From a virus (lineage: Duplodnaviria; Caudoviricetes): a DNA stretch of 64,000 bases. Made by a program: the position numbers and the translations under genes. The notes under the pieces were generated by a model. The model was not told where the DNA came from and did no database searches. It worked only from the letters and a program-made list of their open reading frames with translations. Of this stretch, positions 46,306 to 57,091 are shown in pieces. The stretch spans positions 180,830 to 244,829 of the IMG/VR virus record IMGVR_UViG_2912838376_000002. One strand, 5' to 3'. Within the stretch, counting starts at the first letter, position 1. Every line of letters begins with the position of its first letter.

Positions 46306-49300
46306 ATGAAAGAGAAAATATTAATTACCTCTCTAACTAGAGTTAGAAAAGATGCGCCTTGGCGTGTTGGTATATACATAAATCAGAACTACACGTTCAT
46401 TAATGTAGGGAGCAAAGGAAATGTGGCTACTAGCCCAAGATTTAATATGTTCCTTGCAGAAGTGGAAAAGAAAGTATCTCGCTACCCTGTAGATATTAGT
46501 TTTTATTCAATAGCGGATAATAGAGAGATGGAAGTCACTACGATGCGTAACCAAATCATCTATTTAGATTGTGGTTATAATTCTCACAGACTATTATCAA
46601 GTGCTAAATTTTACTACGAAAAAGAAGTACTTGGTAATCCATTAGAAATAGCGCAACAAAAACCAGAAGAAGAAAACAATGAATTCTTTAGTGTGATGGA
46701 AGAGCATAAAGAACAAGTTGAGACTTCGGATTACATTGCAATCGGAAGAGTAGAGAAAGTTACAGATGGTGATACAATTGATGTAAAATTGGTAAAGCTA
46801 TCTGACTTCTTATCTACTAAGTTAAATAAAGAACAAACAATTACAATTAGATATAACGGTGTAGACACACCAGAAACACTTCAACCTGGAGAAGAATCAT
46901 ACAAAGACCCTAAAAACACTAAGTTTGGGAAAACGTACGGTGTTACAATGCAAGACATGTATGAGGTAGGAGCAGAAGCACATACATATAACAAGGATCT
47001 CTTAGGTTGGAAAGACAACCAAAAGCCACTCGTGATTGTGCATTTTGACCGTAATAAACATGGAGAGGCACCTAAGCAAGACAATGGTTATGGTCGTTAC
47101 ATAGCAGATGTTTATGCAACGAATGAAAAAAGTGCTGATATTGTATTCGATAAGATCATTAACAAAAATGATAATAAATTTTTACACGTAAACAAATCTC
47201 TTTTAGTAACGAAATCTAAGAAGTTTCCTCAAGTCCCTCTTGGTCTTTTCCCATTTGAGCATGCAAATACTTTAACGGTTCTTAATCCTTTAAACTGGAT
47301 TGTTGAATTAGGATTAAAAGCATATGACACAGGTGCTGGTTCTCCTTCAACAGGTGCAAATGATGAAGAGAGTACTCCTGATATTGGTAGTGACGAACCC
47401 TACGATGAAGATATCAATCCTGAAACGACAAACATAAAAGGAACAACAACTCCTGCACACAACGCTTTAGACTTTTTTAGCCCTTATGATGATAGAGTGT
47501 CGATTTTTGCAGAAGGTATAACTTCAGTCGAAGATTTAAAAAGACATTCCAAAGTTAGGATTGGTGATGTAATTCTTACAATTCCACCTACTGCTATTGA
47601 TGTAAACAAAACTTCGAACATCTCCAAAATAAAAACACTTCGTACAAAATCCTCTGTATTAGTTAACCGCGGTCAAACACTTACTACGTTAAGCATGGAT
47701 CTTTATTTCCACGACTTAGAATCAATTAACGGTAAGAAATACCCTTGGAAGAAAGAATACGGAAAAGGAGAAGAAGCTAAGTATTTTTATGTGGATGGAC
47801 TTAGACCACTACTTGCACAATTCGCTAAAGCGCCGTTTCTTCCTATTGATAACTACTACATTAATGATGTGTTAGGCATTCGTGATGTAGCTTTAATGAA
47901 TATCGAAGTAACAACAGTCCCTAATTTTCCAGAGTCCTTAACTGCCAAATTAACGCTTATTGAATTTAATTCAGAAGCATACTTGATGGATAAAAGTACA
48001 CTCGGCGATTCTATAAACTATCCAATGCTAAGATGGTATTACAACCAATCCCTAGCACCTCGCGGAGATAAGTACCGTTACTTCAAAGGATTAGAAGGCC
48101 AGCTTAAAAGTGACATCAAATTTACCCTTGCTGATGAATCATTCCTTACAGCTCGAAGAGACGCTATTAATTACATGAAGAATGCAGATTCTCCAGAATT
48201 AAGAAAAATCGAATTAGAGACAAAGGATGAGGGGTACAAAAATAAAAAAGAAGATGCTTCTGTTGTTAAAGAAATCTTAGATCAATACGACCGTTATAAG
48301 GCTTCTAAACCTAATGAAAAAACAATTATTGATGATCTTCGAATGGGTTTTGGTGATACTAACTATTGGTACATGGTTAACGAACTCAAAAAGAATTACA
48401 AATTAAAAACGGAAGAAGCAGAAAATATTTTACGTGAAGGAGCAGAAATATTTTCTACGATTTATGATGGCAAATACAAAGGTTCGTTTGTTTCTCTTGT
48501 TAATCATGAAATCTTTATCCCATACCAGTCTCGCATGTACTTTAAGATTCGATTTGATTGGTCAGGTTTATCTGCTGGGCTTAATTATTATGATGAAGAT
48601 CCTCCGGTAGATTATTCAAAAGATCCATACAAGGGGAAAGAAACACAAGGTCTTATCATCTTAAAGAAACTTAAAGATGCAGGTAATCAAAAAATTCTTG
48701 AAAACAAATTCAAGAAGTATTATGAGAAAGAAAAATTCCGTATTCCTGCTAATGATGATGCAATAAAAACACTTAAAGAAATTGCAGGTAGCGCAAAGAA
48801 AATGGAAGATGAATTAGCTAAGTACAAAGATGAATTTGATGAGTATATGAGAGTTATTGAAGCTAGTGAGCGTATGATTCCAATGAGAGAGTACCCGATT
48901 TCTGGTAAGGTTATCCCAATCTCTATCAATGCTCGTTTCTCAAATGAGTTTAGCATATCTCATGTTCAGTCTAGTGAAGCTGCAACTCTACAATACATGG
49001 GTGGTGGAGATCCATACATTGATTTACTCTTGGAAGTAGATGAAGATGGTGCGAGGGATTTCAACAACCTTATTGCGACCTCTGACCAATACGCTAAGAA
49101 ATTTAATCAAGGTATTACAAATGGGTATATCGGTATTGAAAATGATCTTTCTCAATTATTTGGTATTCGATATGTAATGTTTGAAAGTATTTCTGTTAAT
49201 ACTGTTCCTAACTTCCCAGGAAGATACCAAATCATGTTACAAGGTATTGGGTTTGATAAAACACAGCGTCAACGTGAAGAACTAACTGCATTACCTGGTA

Positions 49301-52300
49301 ACAGTAAGCAAATGGATCTTGAGAAGTTGAAGATTAACAAGACAGCATTTATGAATGACCGCATGATAGAAGCTAGACTTCATAAGCTAGAAGTTTATCC
49401 GGACATGGAACTTCCTACTTACGCTCAAATTAATGCAGTATTACCAGAGCTGGATGCAGGTATAAAAGAATATCCGAACATAACAAATGGAACATATCTG
49501 GATCCAGATTTCTATTTCTCTACAGGTAACACATTAAGACAGTTAATTGAAGAGTCATACCTTGGGAACCATCAACTGAACATGTTTGATGCTACAGGTG
49601 TAGCTGCTTTCACAAGCAATCAGTCAGAAAAACTATTTGACACAACTGAAGAGGATTGGGCAAAGCTTAAGGAACTAGAAAAAACTGAAGGTGTAGGGCC
49701 TCTTGGCTGGAATTTTAGTTGGGGTAAACAGGAAGAGGCTAAGAAAGCCGACGCTCCAAATACATCAGCAGGAACTGTTATGGCTGACCAAGGCGGTGCT
49801 GCAACGGTAAAGAATGCAGACGTTCAAAAGTTTTTAACAGATAAAAAAGATGATAAATTTGCTTATGAAACTTTCCCGACTATGGAAGAATGGAAAACAC
49901 TCTTCCCTGATGGAGGAAATGATTATGGTACATTATCTCAAAAACCTAGTGGGGATGAAGCACTTATCTATCAAGAGCTTAATAGTCTAGTTGATAAGTA
50001 CTTTAAGAAATATTATTCAGCTCCTGATTTCATTGAAGAGTGTCGCGGGGATTTAAAAGAGGCGGACAAAACTAAAAAGGTAGTCTCTTATCAACCTGCG
50101 GAAGATATTTATTATGCAAGTTTCAAAGTAAGAAGAAGTAAGATGAGAGGCCCAGATACTACTGCGATTGGTGATTTAATCAAGAAAGAAGTCATTAAAG
50201 AGCCTAAAAAACCGAATGGTATGGATCATATGGACTTCGCTAAAACAGAATCAAAAATCACAAAAGAGAGATTCATGACACTTATGAAAGCATTCCTTGA
50301 TAAGACAAGTCAGTGGAAGCATTTTAAAGGGACAAAACCTAACGTTAGTAAGGCTGGACGTGTAGGGTTAGCGCAAGTAGATGTTTCTTCAGCTGATATA
50401 AAGGTTGATGAAGTAAAACGTTTAATGTACAACTGGAGATACAATTTACAAACAGCAGTTAAGCAACTTGCGGAACACTACGAGAAGCTAGATAAGTTAG
50501 ACAAGGATCGTGAGAACTATGAATCTTATTGTCGTCCTTGGGATGGAATGTTCGCTCTATATGAAAAGCCAGATGCTAAAATTAAATTTTCTAAGGATAT
50601 CGAAGATAATAGTTTTGCAAGCGGCGTTATGAACCGTTTCAACCATTATGCGACTAAGCCATTTAATACATTTAGTGGTTACAATAAGGATGTCTATAAA
50701 GGATATGCCGGATTAACTCTAGATGAGGGCATTACGATGGGTGATGGAAACAAAGATGACTATGTTGATCAACTCTTAGAGCTAGAATACTACGACTTAT
50801 CAGTATTAAAAGCGAATAATTTAAAAGTTGATTCTGATAAGAAAAATATCAAGAAGGTCATGAAAAAGCATCTAGAAACCCTGGATAAACAATCACTGTA
50901 CTCGATTTATGAGAAGCATTTAAAAATGCTATATGAATTAAGTAAGACAGATGGATGGGTTGAAAAAGGTATAGACTTTCTCGGGAAATACAATCCAGGT
51001 AACCTTGCTACGTTTGGTGCACTTGGAAAAGCCACCGATAAATTAACAGACAAATTCGCGGGTAGTAAAAAAGATAAGAATGGATACGAGTATTCACAAA
51101 AAATCTATGAAAAAGGTGCTAAACTTTACGAAACAATTCATGATGTTGATAAGACAGCTGTAGCCTCAACAGAATCAACAGACCTTCGTTTGTATAATGA
51201 TGTTGATCCACGAGTACTGTATGAGGAAATGTTCTACGACTTAAGATACCATGACCAACGCGGAAGAATGCTTCGTGCATTCCCAGGATTCCAGATGTTT
51301 ATTATCCATGAAGGTGATTACTTTGGTAAATATAAGTTTTGGGATAATATGTACGGTTTCAATGCTATTCAAAGTATAGACGTTCACCGTTCTCGTAAAA
51401 TTGCTGCAGATACTGCAGTAATCTCTATGACTAACGTATACTCAAACTTAACAACTCGTCGTACCGATGTTGACTACGTAGACCGTCAGTTAAAATGGTG
51501 GGATAACTATATCTGGAATGAAATTCCTCAGGATTTAATTGATAAAAAGGAAAACGAAATTCACAAGAACCTTTTCCTAGAAACAGGAGCACGTATTCAT
51601 TTAAGAATGGGTTATGGTGCTACAGCTAGTGCGTTACCAATTGTCTTTAATGGTACAATTTCAGAACTTGAGATTGGCGATGTAATTGAAATAGTTGCTC
51701 AAGGTGATGGGGTTGAATTAGGAAACGTAGTATCTGGTGACCCTGATGATAACAACGATGGAATCTTCAGTGTTACTGAACCACGAGATTTAATTTGTAG
51801 TCTTATGAGTTCAAAAGGAAGTTGGTCTAAAGACTTCATGAACGGCGTAGTAGATGAGCGATTATTTAAAGACAACCCTCTAGGAATCATGCATTTTGGA
51901 CAACCATTTGATTCAAAGGGGACAATTGATTCAAAACCTCTTGGTAATTTAATATGGTTCAACGATGAATATGGAGAAGTTGCTCAAAATATCTACTCTT
52001 CAAATGGTACTCCTACATTTTCGGAATGGTTGCACCCTAATGGAGAACGAAATAATATTTTCGAAGATTTTAGCTGGAAACGTCTATCGGAAAATAAGTT
52101 TAAAATCTTTAACCCAGGAGATGCAGACAATGTAGTTGTTAAATTCTACAACAACACAGTTTGGGATATTATACAAACGATTACCTATTCGACTCCGGAC
52201 TATATATCTGCTGTTCATCCGTTCGAATTACGATCAACATTATTCTTTGGTAAGCCATACTGGCGTTGTGCTTTTGAGTACGATTCTCGATATGAGTTTG

Positions 52301-53640
52301 ACCCTATACAGAAAACATGGTCAAGATATCTTACAGGACAACCAAGACGTCCATACATGCAAAATAAATTCTATATGTCGGCTTATGATATTATAGAGAA
52401 CAATATTAAAGCTAGTGAGGATAATGTTTTCACAAACATTATCGTAAACTATGACGGAAAACAAACACCTGTATTGTATGCGGATGCGGATATTCGTTTG
52501 GACAAACAGAAAACAAGAGTAGTAGAAGCTGACATTGTAGCAAAGTTTGCTGACTTCTACACGTCAGAAGTAATGGCTACATACTTTGGACAGTCTACTC
52601 TTAGAGATAGCATGAAAGATATGTACAAAGGAAATCTGTTGGTATTAGGAGATCCTACTGCTAAACCTCATGACATGATGTATATCAATGATGAGATTAA
52701 CGACCTTCAAGGAAATGCGTTAATTAAATCGGTAACACATCATTTCAGTATGGATACAGGATTCGTCACTTCTATTGAACCAGACTTACTAGTTGTAAAC
52801 GATGACCAAGTAATTCTTGAAATGAGCAAGTGGTACATGAGTTTTGGACAGTCATTGGCTGCTACAGCTGCAATACGTGCAGCAGCCAATAAAGCTGGAA
52901 GAAACTTAACTAAATGGCTTACGAACTCAAAAGGGGTCCCTGCTAGTGTAGGTAAATGGGTGTCTACTAAAGGATTTAGGCATACAATAAGTATGGCAAA
53001 TAGTAGTGGAGACATGGATAAAATCCTAAAGACTCTTGATGAGATTGTCTCAAAAGGAGATGGAGATGTTAAGGCTCTACAACAGAGGTTAGTAACCGAG
53101 TTCGAAGACGCAGCTAAAAACATGACCAAAGCTCCTGGAAAATCAGGTTTCCTTAAGAACACAAGTAAAAAGGCTATTCTACAATCAGGAGCTGCCTTTG
53201 CAAAAGTTCTATCAAGCTCTGATGATATAGCGAAGATTGGTAAAGGAGCATTAAACATGGTTAGAGGAGCAGCTTCCTTTACACCAGTCGGATTCATTAT
53301 TAATGCAGGAATATGGATTGGTACAGAAATGCTGTTTGAACACTATCGCCGATTCAAAGAAAACCTTCAGTGCGTTGTGGCGATTCCGTTAACGTATAGA
53401 GGGAAGGAATTGACGGCAGGTATTAATAACCATGCAGGTATGATCTATGGTGATGCACCAGGTCGATACGATAAAATGTTCAGTGCAACGTTATTCCATG
53501 ATGATGGGGATGCAGAGTTCTTCGGTAATGCATTCATAGAAATAGCTAACTTCTTTACCGGTTCCGGAGGAGAAGATGGTGTGTATGCAAAAACTGAAAA
53601 AGCCTATCAACTAAATAAATTAGCTAAGAATCAACAATAG
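46306..53640 (+). CDS. giant baseplate hub-like protein with an intact thermonuclease (SNase) domain and a degenerate lytic-transglycosylase-like segment
   Basis: TDGDT / IRYNGVDTPE / GYGRYIADVY; GLAQV..YNWRYNLQTAVKQL; hub-like C-terminal part (IHLRMGYG..VFNGTI, GNLLVLGDP..KPHD, IKSVTHHFSMDTGFVT). Confidence 0.7.
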   Translation: MKEKILITSLTRVRKDAPWRVGIYINQNYTFINVGSKGNVATSPRFNMFLAEVEKKVSRYPVDISFYSIADNREMEVTTMRNQIIYLDCGYNSHRLLSSAKFYYEKEVLGNPLEIAQQKPEEENNEFFSVMEEHKEQVETSDYIAIGRVEKVTDGDTIDVKLVKLSDFLSTKLNKEQTITIRYNGVDTPETLQPGEESYKDPKNTKFGKTYGVTMQDMYEVGAEAHTYNKDLLGWKDNQKPLVIVHFDRNKHGEAPKQDNGYGRYIADVYATNEKSADIVFDKIINKNDNKFLHVNKSLLVTKSKKFPQVPLGLFPFEHANTLTVLNPLNWIVELGLKAYDTGAGSPSTGANDEESTPDIGSDEPYDEDINPETTNIKGTTTPAHNALDFFSPYDDRVSIFAEGITSVEDLKRHSKVRIGDVILTIPPTAIDVNKTSNISKIKTLRTKSSVLVNRGQTLTTLSMDLYFHDLESINGKKYPWKKEYGKGEEAKYFYVDGLRPLLAQFAKAPFLPIDNYYINDVLGIRDVALMNIEVTTVPNFPESLTAKLTLIEFNSEAYLMDKSTLGDSINYPMLRWYYNQSLAPRGDKYRYFKGLEGQLKSDIKFTLADESFLTARRDAINYMKNADSPELRKIELETKDEGYKNKKEDASVVKEILDQYDRYKASKPNEKTIIDDLRMGFGDTNYWYMVNELKKNYKLKTEEAENILREGAEIFSTIYDGKYKGSFVSLVNHEIFIPYQSRMYFKIRFDWSGLSAGLNYYDEDPPVDYSKDPYKGKETQGLIILKKLKDAGNQKILENKFKKYYEKEKFRIPANDDAIKTLKEIAGSAKKMEDELAKYKDEFDEYMRVIEASERMIPMREYPISGKVIPISINARFSNEFSISHVQSSEAATLQYMGGGDPYIDLLLEVDEDGARDFNNLIATSDQYAKKFNQGITNGYIGIENDLSQLFGIRYVMFESISVNTVPNFPGRYQIMLQGIGFDKTQRQREELTALPGNSKQMDLEKLKINKTAFMNDRMIEARLHKLEVYPDMELPTYAQINAVLPELDAGIKEYPNITNGTYLDPDFYFSTGNTLRQLIEESYLGNHQLNMFDATGVAAFTSNQSEKLFDTTEEDWAKLKELEKTEGVGPLGWNFSWGKQEEAKKADAPNTSAGTVMADQGGAATVKNADVQKFLTDKKDDKFAYETFPTMEEWKTLFPDGGNDYGTLSQKPSGDEALIYQELNSLVDKYFKKYYSAPDFIEECRGDLKEADKTKKVVSYQPAEDIYYASFKVRRSKMRGPDTTAIGDLIKKEVIKEPKKPNGMDHMDFAKTESKITKERFMTLMKAFLDKTSQWKHFKGTKPNVSKAGRVGLAQVDVSSADIKVDEVKRLMYNWRYNLQTAVKQLAEHYEKLDKLDKDRENYESYCRPWDGMFALYEKPDAKIKFSKDIEDNSFASGVMNRFNHYATKPFNTFSGYNKDVYKGYAGLTLDEGITMGDGNKDDYVDQLLELEYYDLSVLKANNLKVDSDKKNIKKVMKKHLETLDKQSLYSIYEKHLKMLYELSKTDGWVEKGIDFLGKYNPGNLATFGALGKATDKLTDKFAGSKKDKNGYEYSQKIYEKGAKLYETIHDVDKTAVASTESTDLRLYNDVDPRVLYEEMFYDLRYHDQRGRMLRAFPGFQMFIIHEGDYFGKYKFWDNMYGFNAIQSIDVHRSRKIAADTAVISMTNVYSNLTTRRTDVDYVDRQLKWWDNYIWNEIPQDLIDKKENEIHKNLFLETGARIHLRMGYGATASALPIVFNGTISELEIGDVIEIVAQGDGVELGNVVSGDPDDNNDGIFSVTEPRDLICSLMSSKGSWSKDFMNGVVDERLFKDNPLGIMHFGQPFDSKGTIDSKPLGNLIWFNDEYGEVAQNIYSSNGTPTFSEWLHPNGERNNIFEDFSWKRLSENKFKIFNPGDADNVVVKFYNNTVWDIIQTITYSTPDYISAVHPFELRSTLFFGKPYWRCAFEYDSRYEFDPIQKTWSRYLTGQPRRPYMQNKFYMSAYDIIENNIKASEDNVFTNIIVNYDGKQTPVLYADADIRLDKQKTRVVEADIVAKFADFYTSEVMATYFGQSTLRDSMKDMYKGNLLVLGDPTAKPHDMMYINDEINDLQGNALIKSVTHHFSMDTGFVTSIEPDLLVVNDDQVILEMSKWYMSFGQSLAATAAIRAAANKAGRNLTKWLTNSKGVPASVGKWVSTKGFRHTISMANSSGDMDKILKTLDEIVSKGDGDVKALQQRLVTEFEDAAKNMTKAPGKSGFLKNTSKKAILQSGAAFAKVLSSSDDIAKIGKGALNMVRGAASFTPVGFIINAGIWIGTEMLFEHYRRFKENLQCVVAIPLTYRGKELTAGINNHAGMIYGDAPGRYDKMFSATLFHDDGDAEFFGNAFIEIANFFTGSGGEDGVYAKTEKAYQLNKLAKNQQ

Positions 53641-53646
53641 TAATTG

Positions 53647-53676
53647 AAGAAGAGGTGAATAGCCTCTTCTTTTTTT
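53647..53676 (+). terminator. intrinsic terminator
   Basis: AAGAAGAGG-TGAATAG-CCTCTTCTT followed by a T-run. Confidence 0.85.
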
Positions 53677-53686
53677 GTGTTAACTA

Positions 53687-53715
53687 TAGCGAAAATCAAA
53701 ATAAATGGTTAGCTT
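53687..53715 (+). promoter_or_regulatory. candidate phage late promoter
   Basis: TAGC-GAAAAT-N9-TGGTTA-GC-TT directly after a terminator. Confidence 0.5.
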
Positions 53716-53739
53716 ATCAAAATAAGGAGGTATAACTTT

Positions 53740-55788
53740 ATGGCACAAAAAGACAAACAAACCTATAACACGGAAATGTATATAAAGAAAATAAAAGCAG
53801 CAAAAGAAGTGTATGAAGAACGTAAGAAATTCTTGCAGAGTTTCTCACTTAAAAAGACAAAAGAGAAACCAAAAGAAGGTGGTGGGGAAGTTGCGGCATC
53901 AGGTGGTGGCGGTTCAGTAAACTTCAATGGAGAATTGCCTACGGTTGCTCAGTATACTGGACCAGATAATTATTATGACGAAATGATAAAAGACACCTAT
54001 CAAAAAGGAATTAAAGCTAAGGTAGCTGGTACTGATGAATGGAATCAACACATTAAAGAACAAGCAGCAAAAGCTGGCGTCAATCCTCTTATGGTTAAAG
54101 TAATTATGGCAACGGAATCTGGTGGAGAACACAGTTCAACGCCAAACCCTTGGAACTGCGTTGGCTTGATGCAGACGGAAAAAACTATCACTGGTGAACT
54201 CGGTTTAGACTTCGCCAAAGCATGCAGTGATCCAATCTATAATATCTATGTAGGGTGCATGATTCTTAAAGAAAAACATAATTATGCTGGAGGCGTTATC
54301 TCTAGGGGTAAAAATCCATATGCAGATTTTAAAAGCCGAGGGTATGAGTTAAAGCAAAATGTCCACGGTATCGCTTGGTTATATAACGGTTTTAGTGTAC
54401 CAAAGAGTGCAGCTAACAAGGTTTTAAGTGGTGGTTATATTTATGGAAACCAAGTAGCTGCAATGTACAGAGGTTTTGGAAGAGATCCACTTGCAGACAC
54501 AATTTTATCTCTAGACGTTTTATCTGGTGGCGGTGGTGGAAGCCCATCCTCTGCTGGCGGTAAAGGAACAGGTGGAAAGTGGGAGTACAACAAAATTTTT
54601 GCAAATGGTGATGAAGTAGTTAAATTCTTAAACACTGTAGATACGAGTATGATTAATGGGGTTTTTGTTCACCACACCTTCGACCCAGACCATACAAAGG
54701 CTAAAGGTCAGACACTAACAAAACTAAACGATGATATGAAAAAGTTCCACACAGTATACCAAGGCTGGGATAATATCGCGCAACACTTCACTATTGGTGT
54801 GGATGGACAAGTAATTCTTGGGCGTGATATTGCATCTGTTCCATGTAGTGCATCAGGATATAACGGTACAACTTCTAGTCATCCCGCCATGTATGAAATG
54901 GTAGGTAACTTTGATATAGGTAAAGACAAGTTGGAAGGTAAACAGTTAGAATCTGCTGTTGCTATTGCAAAATACTTTGCTCTTAAAGCGAAGGGTGTAC
55001 AGTTCCACCGTGAAGGATTAGTTAATGGTAAAGAACCGAAAAGTTGTCCTGGTAGTGGAATTAATAAAGACTGGTTTATGGGATTAGTTAAAGGTAGTGC
55101 GAAAGCAAGTGCATTTTCTGCTCAATCAACAACTTTATCGGATAAAGATATCGAAGAGAATTATGCAGCAGGCTGTGACCTTTCTCAAGATCCGATAATA
55201 GAAGATGTCATGGATACACCATACAGGTTACCACCAACAGAAGATGAATTAGCACATGCTAGAAGTTTTGCAACGAAGATAAGTATCCCTACTGCACAAT
55301 TAAAAGAGAGCAGAATTATTGCTCCAAAGTACCCAAGGTCAAACTATGTGGAAGACTTTAAACTGTCATCCAGTTATGACATGAAGAAAAATTACTCCCC
55401 ATTACCTCCAAATGAGTTTATTCATCTAAATGGCCCTCAAGAGAATTTCTATACAAGTGAAGCAAGACAAGCTTTCCGTCTTCTTAAAGATCGACTTGGA
55501 TATAAAACCTTAAGAATAGCTAGAGGGTTTGATCCTTCTGATGGAGAGTCTTCTCATTCTATTGGTATTTCTATGGACATATATGCTGATTCAACAGAAG
55601 AAGCAATTTATATAGGTGATACTGCATGGTTGACAGGATTCCGGGCTATTGCGGTTGGTCCTAAGTTTGTTCATGTTGATATTGGTCCTGAATCAGCTTG
55701 GGGATATGACAATCTACCAATTTATCAAGGACCAGGTACATTAAGGGCGGGTGAGTTCAGTTATGGCTACAAACAAAGAAACCTATAA
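53740..55788 (+). CDS. tail-associated cell-wall hydrolase: SLT transglycosylase + amidase_2 + M15-like peptidase
   Basis: ATESGG/GLMQ/LYNG; VHHT..QHF..YE..FHRE..KSCPG; SHSIGISMD..HVD. Confidence 0.82.
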   Translation: MAQKDKQTYNTEMYIKKIKAAKEVYEERKKFLQSFSLKKTKEKPKEGGGEVAASGGGGSVNFNGELPTVAQYTGPDNYYDEMIKDTYQKGIKAKVAGTDEWNQHIKEQAAKAGVNPLMVKVIMATESGGEHSSTPNPWNCVGLMQTEKTITGELGLDFAKACSDPIYNIYVGCMILKEKHNYAGGVISRGKNPYADFKSRGYELKQNVHGIAWLYNGFSVPKSAANKVLSGGYIYGNQVAAMYRGFGRDPLADTILSLDVLSGGGGGSPSSAGGKGTGGKWEYNKIFANGDEVVKFLNTVDTSMINGVFVHHTFDPDHTKAKGQTLTKLNDDMKKFHTVYQGWDNIAQHFTIGVDGQVILGRDIASVPCSASGYNGTTSSHPAMYEMVGNFDIGKDKLEGKQLESAVAIAKYFALKAKGVQFHREGLVNGKEPKSCPGSGINKDWFMGLVKGSAKASAFSAQSTTLSDKDIEENYAAGCDLSQDPIIEDVMDTPYRLPPTEDELAHARSFATKISIPTAQLKESRIIAPKYPRSNYVEDFKLSSSYDMKKNYSPLPPNEFIHLNGPQENFYTSEARQAFRLLKDRLGYKTLRIARGFDPSDGESSHSIGISMDIYADSTEEAIYIGDTAWLTGFRAIAVGPKFVHVDIGPESAWGYDNLPIYQGPGTLRAGEFSYGYKQRNL

Positions 55789-57091
55789 TCTCGAATCATA
55801 TAAGAAGAAAATTAAAGCAGGTAAGGAAGAATATCAAAAAAGAAAAGAATACCTTGCTAAATTTGAACTTCCTAAAACTAATGATGAAGAGGAAGAAGAA
55901 GTAGAAGCTCCTGATGCTAGTAAAAAGCCTGAAGACCAAGGAAACGCCGTAAAAGAACCTGAGGGAGGAGTTGGTAACTTCACAGGTTCGGGCGAACTAG
56001 GCGTTCCTGCAGAACCGAAGTCGTATAGATTTACTTCCGTTATGGGAGCACGTTGGGGAACAAACCATAATGGAGTGGATTTAGCTCCAAACACACCTGG
56101 CGATACCAACTGCAAGATACTTTCTGCAGGTGATGGGGTTGTTCTTCAAGCTAGAAGTGGGGTAGGTGGATTTGGTACTTGGATAGTTATTAAGCATAAG
56201 GATGACTTGTATACGATTTATGGACATATGCCCCCTAATACACTAAAAGTAAAAACCGGAGACACTGTAAAAAGAGGACAACATATTGCAAATATGGGTA
56301 TGCAAGGGCAGTCAACGGGTGTCCATTTACACTTTGAGGTTTGTACAGACTTTGTTAATAACAGAAGGGGAACTACAAAGAACCCTGAAGACTACGTTGA
56401 TATTCGAGGCAGTGCTTCAGCTATCCAAGTAAATTCTATTACACCCAAGGCTAGCTTCTCAGCAAAAGCAAATGAGAAAGAAGAAGGTAATGAAAAACCA
56501 ATGCATGCTCTTTATGAAAAGGATGGAATAGAACTATCAGAAGAAGAAAAACTAATTGATCAGACATACAGAAGTTCTTTCCCATACCAATCTGTTCAAT
56601 TCATAGGGGATTCTATTAAGAAGAGTGACATGACAAGAGAGTACTTTCTTCTTAACCGTATTGGTTGGGCTCGAACTACCAAGTATGAAAAGATGGTTCC
56701 CTTAAATAAGGAAAGGTTTATTCATAGTGATAAATACGATGGTCATGAAGGAAATCTTTATTCACCAGATGCAAAAAGGTTGTTTGAAAGCTTGCTTTTA
56801 AAAACCCAAAAACCTTATTTTGAGGTTATTAGTGGTTTCCGCTTTAGCAATCCCGGACAACTTTCACCACATGAAGCAGGTTGTGCAATTGATATTCTTG
56901 TTAGAAGTATAGACGAAGTAAGAGAAATTGCAGACTGTGCATGGCAATTAGGTGTAAGATCAATTGCGATTGGTGGAGACTTCGGAAACAACAAAGGGTT
57001 CATTCATATAGATATTGCTCCAAAAGGAAAAGACATTAAATATGATGGAGTTCCTATCTACGGTGGACCAGGAAAGTGGGTAACTCAATGA
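55763..57091 (+). CDS. tail-associated cell-wall hydrolase: M23 peptidase + M15-like peptidase
   Basis: HNGVD, YGHM, STGVHLHFE; SPHEAGCAID..HID. Confidence 0.85.
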   Translation: MATNKETYNLESYKKKIKAGKEEYQKRKEYLAKFELPKTNDEEEEEVEAPDASKKPEDQGNAVKEPEGGVGNFTGSGELGVPAEPKSYRFTSVMGARWGTNHNGVDLAPNTPGDTNCKILSAGDGVVLQARSGVGGFGTWIVIKHKDDLYTIYGHMPPNTLKVKTGDTVKRGQHIANMGMQGQSTGVHLHFEVCTDFVNNRRGTTKNPEDYVDIRGSASAIQVNSITPKASFSAKANEKEEGNEKPMHALYEKDGIELSEEEKLIDQTYRSSFPYQSVQFIGDSIKKSDMTREYFLLNRIGWARTTKYEKMVPLNKERFIHSDKYDGHEGNLYSPDAKRLFESLLLKTQKPYFEVISGFRFSNPGQLSPHEAGCAIDILVRSIDEVREIADCAWQLGVRSIAIGGDFGNNKGFIHIDIAPKGKDIKYDGVPIYGGPGKWVTQ

